Under the pieces are notes generated by a model, which did not search any database, was not told the origin of the DNA, and was given only the letters and a program-made list of their open reading frames with translations. The translations under genes were made by a program, and so were the position numbers. Below are positions 59,828 to 64,000 of a stretch of 64,000 nt of DNA, piece after piece. Within the stretch, counting starts at the first letter, position 1. Every line of letters begins with the position of its first letter. Source of the stretch: Candidatus Jorgensenbacteria bacterium (GTDB taxonomy: Bacteria; Patescibacteriota; Minisyncoccia; UBA6257; GWB1-50-10); the NCBI GenBank assembly GCA_030648515.1, contig JAUSHK010000002.1, positions 7,799-71,798 of the forward strand, written 5' to 3'.

Positions 59828-60028
59828 ATGTCGACAAATTTACAAAAATATAAACGAGATACGAAACAGGTTCGCATTGGCCTGGAAGCTCACCAGCTTT
59901 TGAAGCTTGGAGCTATTAAAGAGAACATGGTGATGTCCAGATTCCTGGATAAAATCCTATCGGAGTATTTTAAAGAAAAGGTCGATGAAACCTACACAAA
60001 AGCAAAAAATGGCAGTAGGACAGAATAG
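59828..60028 (+). CDS. Ribbon-helix-helix-like small DNA-binding protein
   Basis: TKQVRI strand followed by H..LK..A.....MS..L..I helices. Confidence 0.6.
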   Translation: MSTNLQKYKRDTKQVRIGLEAHQLLKLGAIKENMVMSRFLDKILSEYFKEKVDETYTKAKNGSRTE

Positions 60029-60467
60029 GACAAAAAGAGGGGTCGTTTTAGAGAAACAGTTCCAGCTTTATTGTTTTTGGAAATCGCTCCCGCCGACGCT
60101 CAAGGGCAGAGCAGCGAATCAATTTGATGTGTTAGGAATAGAAGATGAAACCACGAGAGAGCTTTTACTTATTCGGACTCAGGCAGGGTTCGGAAAGAAA
60201 TACGGGGTTAATAAAAATACCTTAACTGAGTGGAACGCCAAAATAGAAACGGACAACATTGTAATCGCCAAAGAGAAGAAGTGGCTCAAAAAGCTCTTCA
60301 GCAACGTTTTAGTAGCAGTTTACCGGAAGGCGCTCGTTGAAGGAGACGCGGCAAGATTTAAGGTCCTTGCCCAATATATTGGGGAATTTACAGAGGCGAA
60401 GGAGACAAGAAGTCCGAAGCTTGCGGAGCTTACATCCGACATGCGAAAGATTTTAGAGCGGCGATGA
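59985..60467 (+). CDS. HTH protein resembling a terminase small subunit/phBC6A51 family
   Basis: F..KYGV...TL..W HTH; AV..KA..GD....K...Q. Confidence 0.5.
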   Translation: MKPTQKQKMAVGQNRTKRGVVLEKQFQLYCFWKSLPPTLKGRAANQFDVLGIEDETTRELLLIRTQAGFGKKYGVNKNTLTEWNAKIETDNIVIAKEKKWLKKLFSNVLVAVYRKALVEGDAARFKVLAQYIGEFTEAKETRSPKLAELTSDMRKILERR

Positions 60468-60540
60468 CTTGACTTACACGGAGGTAGCGGCATTGTTGTG
60501 TTAATACTCAAGTCCAATACATCAAGCAATTTTAAGAACC

Positions 60541-62151
60541 GTGCAACAAGAACAAACTAAATACTTTCACTATTGCCGTAAATCATCTGAGGCCGAGGAT
60601 CGACAAGTTTTATCCGTCGAGTCGCAAAGGACAGAGAATGAGCGCGTCATTAAGACTGATGGACTTTTAATAGTTGACATTCTCCTGGAATCACATTCAG
60701 CAAAAATACCGCGTAGCCGCTCGGTGTTTCAAGAAATGCTTAAGCGCATAGAAAGAGGCGACGGAAACGGAATTTTTGTCTGGAACGCAAGTAGAATATC
60801 AAGGAACTCTGTCGACACAGGAGAAATCATCTATCTTATGGACCAAGGGATGCTGCTCGAAGTAAGAACGCCAAGTCAAGTTTTCCACAACACACCAAAC
60901 GATAAGTTCTTACTTAGTCTATTCTGCAATCAGGCAAAACTCGAAAACGACAACAAAGGGGAAGATGTTAAACGAGGATTAAGAAAAAAAGCTGAGATGG
61001 GACATCTGCCAAACGGAGCGAAGCCTGGTTATATGAATGATCCTTATGCTGAGAAGGGCAATAAAACTATCAAGGAAGACCCCGTGCGTTTCCCAATCAT
61101 AAAAGAAGCGTGGCGATTGTTACTGACGGGCAATCACGCACCACATTGGATTCTTAAAGTGATTAACGAACAGCTTGGCTACAGATCCCCGAAAAAGAAA
61201 AAGATTGGTGGAAAACCGATGGGACAGAGTCAAATTTACACAATGTTTAGGGACCAATTCCATTATGGAAGGTTTGAATTTCCGGTGGGGTCGGGTAATT
61301 GGTTTATGGGTCACCATAAGCCAATGATTACTGAGGAAGAATTTTGGAAGGCTCAGGAGATACTCGGCCACAAAGGAAGACCCCGGCCACACAAACACAA
61401 ATTCTCCTTTACGGGCATGATCCGTTGCGGAGCGTGTGGCGCTATGATTACCGCTGAGATCAAAATAAAACGACAAAAGAATGGAACAGAACATCGTTAT
61501 ATCTACTATCACTGCACCAAACGAAAAGACCCGAATTGCCCGCAGGGAGTAATTGAAGAAGAGAAATTAAAGGAACAGATTATTCAGAAACTTGATGATT
61601 TGGAAATACCCGAGGAGTTCCACAACTTTGGACTGAAATGGATGGAAATGGAAAACAAAAAGCAGGCGAAGAATACAAGTGATATCCTTAGTAAACTCCA
61701 AAGGGACTACAACGAATGTAAAGTAACCATTGATGGCCTCATCGATATGAGAGCCAGGAAGGAGCTTAGCGAGGATGATTACAGAAGACGGCTATTTGAA
61801 GCCCAGAAGGAGAAAGCGAGGCTCGAGGGCCTTACGAGGGACATTGGGAACCAAATTGACGGCTGGATAGCAACAGCAAACGATAGTTTCCAATTTGTCG
61901 AACATGCCAAAGAGAAGTTCAAAAACGGATCACTGGAGACGAAAAAGGCAATCCTTTCAACACTTGGTTCGAACCTCACCCTAAAAGACAAAATACTCAG
62001 TATTGATATGGAAAATACTCTTCTACCAATGAAAGCTGTCGCAAAAGGTGTAAAAGAAATCCATGAGAAGGTTCGAACCGCTAAAAAGCCAATAACCACA
62101 AAGGTTCTTGAGGATATTTACTCGAATAATCAATCTCTGCTCCCCGGGTAG
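60541..62151 (+). CDS. Large serine recombinase (integrase)
   Basis: YCRKS catalytic Ser, SRISRN, recombinase domain, CxxCG...YYHC..C zinc ribbon, coiled coil. Confidence 0.95.
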   Translation: MQQEQTKYFHYCRKSSEAEDRQVLSVESQRTENERVIKTDGLLIVDILLESHSAKIPRSRSVFQEMLKRIERGDGNGIFVWNASRISRNSVDTGEIIYLMDQGMLLEVRTPSQVFHNTPNDKFLLSLFCNQAKLENDNKGEDVKRGLRKKAEMGHLPNGAKPGYMNDPYAEKGNKTIKEDPVRFPIIKEAWRLLLTGNHAPHWILKVINEQLGYRSPKKKKIGGKPMGQSQIYTMFRDQFHYGRFEFPVGSGNWFMGHHKPMITEEEFWKAQEILGHKGRPRPHKHKFSFTGMIRCGACGAMITAEIKIKRQKNGTEHRYIYYHCTKRKDPNCPQGVIEEEKLKEQIIQKLDDLEIPEEFHNFGLKWMEMENKKQAKNTSDILSKLQRDYNECKVTIDGLIDMRARKELSEDDYRRRLFEAQKEKARLEGLTRDIGNQIDGWIATANDSFQFVEHAKEKFKNGSLETKKAILSTLGSNLTLKDKILSIDMENTLLPMKAVAKGVKEIHEKVRTAKKPITTKVLEDIYSNNQSLLPG

Positions 62152-62211
62152 GGATCGGACCTACGACCGTCGCCTTAACAGGGCGCCGCTCTACCGCTGA
62201 GCTACCGGGGA
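62140..62211 (-). tRNA. tRNA-Asn(GTT)
   Basis: Cloverleaf TCCCCGG...CCGGGGA-G; anticodon loop CTGTTAA; T-loop TCCGATC. Confidence 0.93.
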
Positions 62212-62272
62212 ATACGGATATTGTAGGAACAAAAGACGACGCTGTAAATAAAGAGTCATCTCACCATTCCTG

Positions 62273-62345
62273 TGCCCCGTGCTGGATTCGAACCAGCGAC
62301 CCTCTGCTTAAAAGGCAGGTGCTCTACCAACTGAGCTAACGGGGC
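62273..62345 (-). tRNA. tRNA-Lys(TTT)
   Basis: Cloverleaf GCCCCGT...ACGGGGC-A; anticodon loop CTTTTAA; TTCGAAT T-loop. Confidence 0.96.
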
Positions 62346-62427
62346 GCCTTATTTGCGAGCGGACTATATAAACACCATAGTATACGAGCGACGGATTATT
62401 TTCAAATTGTTTTTATTTTAAACACAT

Positions 62428-62462
62428 AAAAACCGGTCCGAAGTACTTTGGACCGGTTTTTT
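62428..62462 (-). terminator. Terminator after the ribonucleotide reductase gene
   Basis: aaaaccggtcc..ggaccggtttt. Confidence 0.75.
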
Positions 62463-62476
62463 ATTATCTCCCTTAT

Positions 62477-64000
62477 TTACGTCGCGCACGCTCCAGAAAC
62501 GCAAGCAACTTCTTTTGCCCCAGTCGTCTGGTCGTCGCGCTCATACGCCATAAGTTTTGAGAAATCCAAAACTCCCAATTCTTTGAGGCGCTTCTCATAC
62601 TCCTCCTTGGTTATCTCCTCATAAGGCGCGAGCTGGTACACGTGGTCCTCGCGCGGAAGGAATGAAAGTCCTCCCACGATATCCCAGTTGTGGTAAACGA
62701 AATTCGCAACTTCAATCCACTCGTCGTCGCTTACATAAATTGTGACCGACGGATTATGCTCCGTGAAATGAATCTTGAGCCGCTTCCATTCCTCAAGTAA
62801 ATCCTTTGCAGAAACATCACGCGCAAAGATAGCTCCTTTTGGCGCGGCAACAGGAAACTCAAGCACCATAGTCGTCGCGCTTGATGTTGAATAGCCGACC
62901 TCGGGGAATATGCGAACGCCCTGTTCTTTTGCAAGCTTCAGCATCGGGTCGTTCACGCTGATGCGGACACGGCGGATGAAATACGGCGCGAACCACGGAT
63001 GCATTCCCGAACCAACGCCCAAAAGCTGACCAGAATTTCCGTGCGGCTTCACGCACGTAATTGCAGTTGATTCGTTTATTCCGAACCGCTTCGCGTATTT
63101 CTTGTTCGCTTGCACCCCCTCGTCACGCAAATCTTCAAGCAACTTATCATTCCGAACTAATTTATTATCGTAATAGCCAGTGATTGAAACACCGAGCAAG
63201 CATTCATCTTCACAGTTTTTCTTCCACTGTTTTGAAAGATATTGGAAATTCGTGAGCGTCGCTTGATACGTTCCAATAATCGTCGCAAGGCGCATCTTGC
63301 GCATAAGCGACGCGCGCGTATCCTCCGGACGCACAACAATTGAAGTGAGATTGCAAAACTGCTTTGACTTCAGAATGATTTCTCCGCACGGATTCATCCC
63401 CGGCTGGGCTTCCCGCCGTAACTTCGCCCACCGTCGCTTCGGAACCTGCGCCTCAAGCCCTCCTCGGTTAAAAATCCCCCGCTCGCCGGATCGTGATTTT
63501 ACAAGCGCCGTCCACTCATCAAGAAGCTCCCCCGCGGACGGCCGTGCCGTATAGACCGCTGAGTTATTAGCCATGGACCGCTGACCCTCGGTGAGATAAA
63601 ACTGTCCGCTCTTTGAATCACGCATCGCTTCATCATCCAAATCAGAAAGCGAAATGAGAGCGCTTCTGCGCACGCCTCCCGCAACGACAATGAGCCCGAT
63701 TTTGCAAATGATGTCGTGAAGGTCAAGCGTTGAAAGACGGCGTCCCTGCCGGGCAAGTATTTTTCGCTTTGCGAATTCCATAAGCTCCAAAAGCGGCCCT
63801 GGGCCGGATGCCCGCCCTCCCATTACCTGGAGACGCGCTCCAGCCGGTCGCACGTGTGAATAATCAACATCCACGTCTTTCCCCGACGCCCACACGGTTA
63901 CCGCCGCAATAAAAGCGTCTGCCCATCCCTCTTTGCTGTCATCAACCACAATCGGTTTTATTTTCTTTCCTGTCTGCTTTTTTATCTGCGGAAACTTTTC
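62477..64000 (-). CDS. nrdJ: Class II (AdoCbl) ribonucleoside-triphosphate reductase, 5' end outside window
   Basis: GG.ASGP, VRRSA, NPCGEI, QFCNL, T.VKP.G, C-terminal CVSGAC; frame open to the window edge. Confidence 0.9.
   Translation of the reverse strand, partial: EKFPQIKKQTGKKIKPIVVDDSKEGWADAFIAAVTVWASGKDVDVDYSHVRPAGARLQVMGGRASGPGPLLELMEFAKRKILARQGRRLSTLDLHDIICKIGLIVVAGGVRRSALISLSDLDDEAMRDSKSGQFYLTEGQRSMANNSAVYTARPSAGELLDEWTALVKSRSGERGIFNRGGLEAQVPKRRWAKLRREAQPGMNPCGEIILKSKQFCNLTSIVVRPEDTRASLMRKMRLATIIGTYQATLTNFQYLSKQWKKNCEDECLLGVSITGYYDNKLVRNDKLLEDLRDEGVQANKKYAKRFGINESTAITCVKPHGNSGQLLGVGSGMHPWFAPYFIRRVRISVNDPMLKLAKEQGVRIFPEVGYSTSSATTMVLEFPVAAPKGAIFARDVSAKDLLEEWKRLKIHFTEHNPSVTIYVSDDEWIEVANFVYHNWDIVGGLSFLPREDHVYQLAPYEEITKEEYEKRLKELGVLDFSKLMAYERDDQTTGAKEVACVSGACAT

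Larger units (their letters stand above)
48429..62143. mobile_element. ~13.7 kb serine-recombinase integrative element at the tRNA-Asn 3' end
   Basis: TGCTCC at 48429-48434 and 62138-62143; GTTCGAACCGCTA at 48449 and 62071; recombinase runs into the tRNA; defence cargo. Confidence 0.82.

Overview
Bacterial chromosomal window. Gene content, dense minus-strand coding and apparently leaderless core genes point to a Patescibacteria/CPR (Parcubacteria-like) genome; this is inference. Positions 1-48.4 kb hold core and accessory genes: uvrB, D-lactate dehydrogenase-like, ppsA, yvcK, nth, a MacAB-like ABC exporter, hpf, pyrF-pyrE, rarA, typA, ABC-F and a cold-shock protein. Many single orphan genes with their own promoter and Shine-Dalgarno are interspersed. 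Positions 48429-62143 are a ~13.7 kb element integrated at the 3' end of tRNA-Asn. It carries a large serine recombinase whose C-terminus is split by the att site, a type I R-M system, a KAP-NTPase/membrane protein/nuclease operon and a C4-like structured RNA. tRNA-Lys and the 3' part of a class II ribonucleotide reductase end the window. Most notable signals: (i) three tandem, independently transcribed ~60-aa peptide genes (30.7-31.9 kb) with a conserved leader, variable core, covarying 5' RNA hairpin and DnaA boxes at fixed spacing; (ii) an RRAGGTCG motif 20-28 nt upstream of seven small genes; (iii) 24-bp REP-like units inserted in frame in three housekeeping genes; (iv) the att-dependent C-terminal swap of the recombinase. 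All calls come from reading the sequence; no searches were run.
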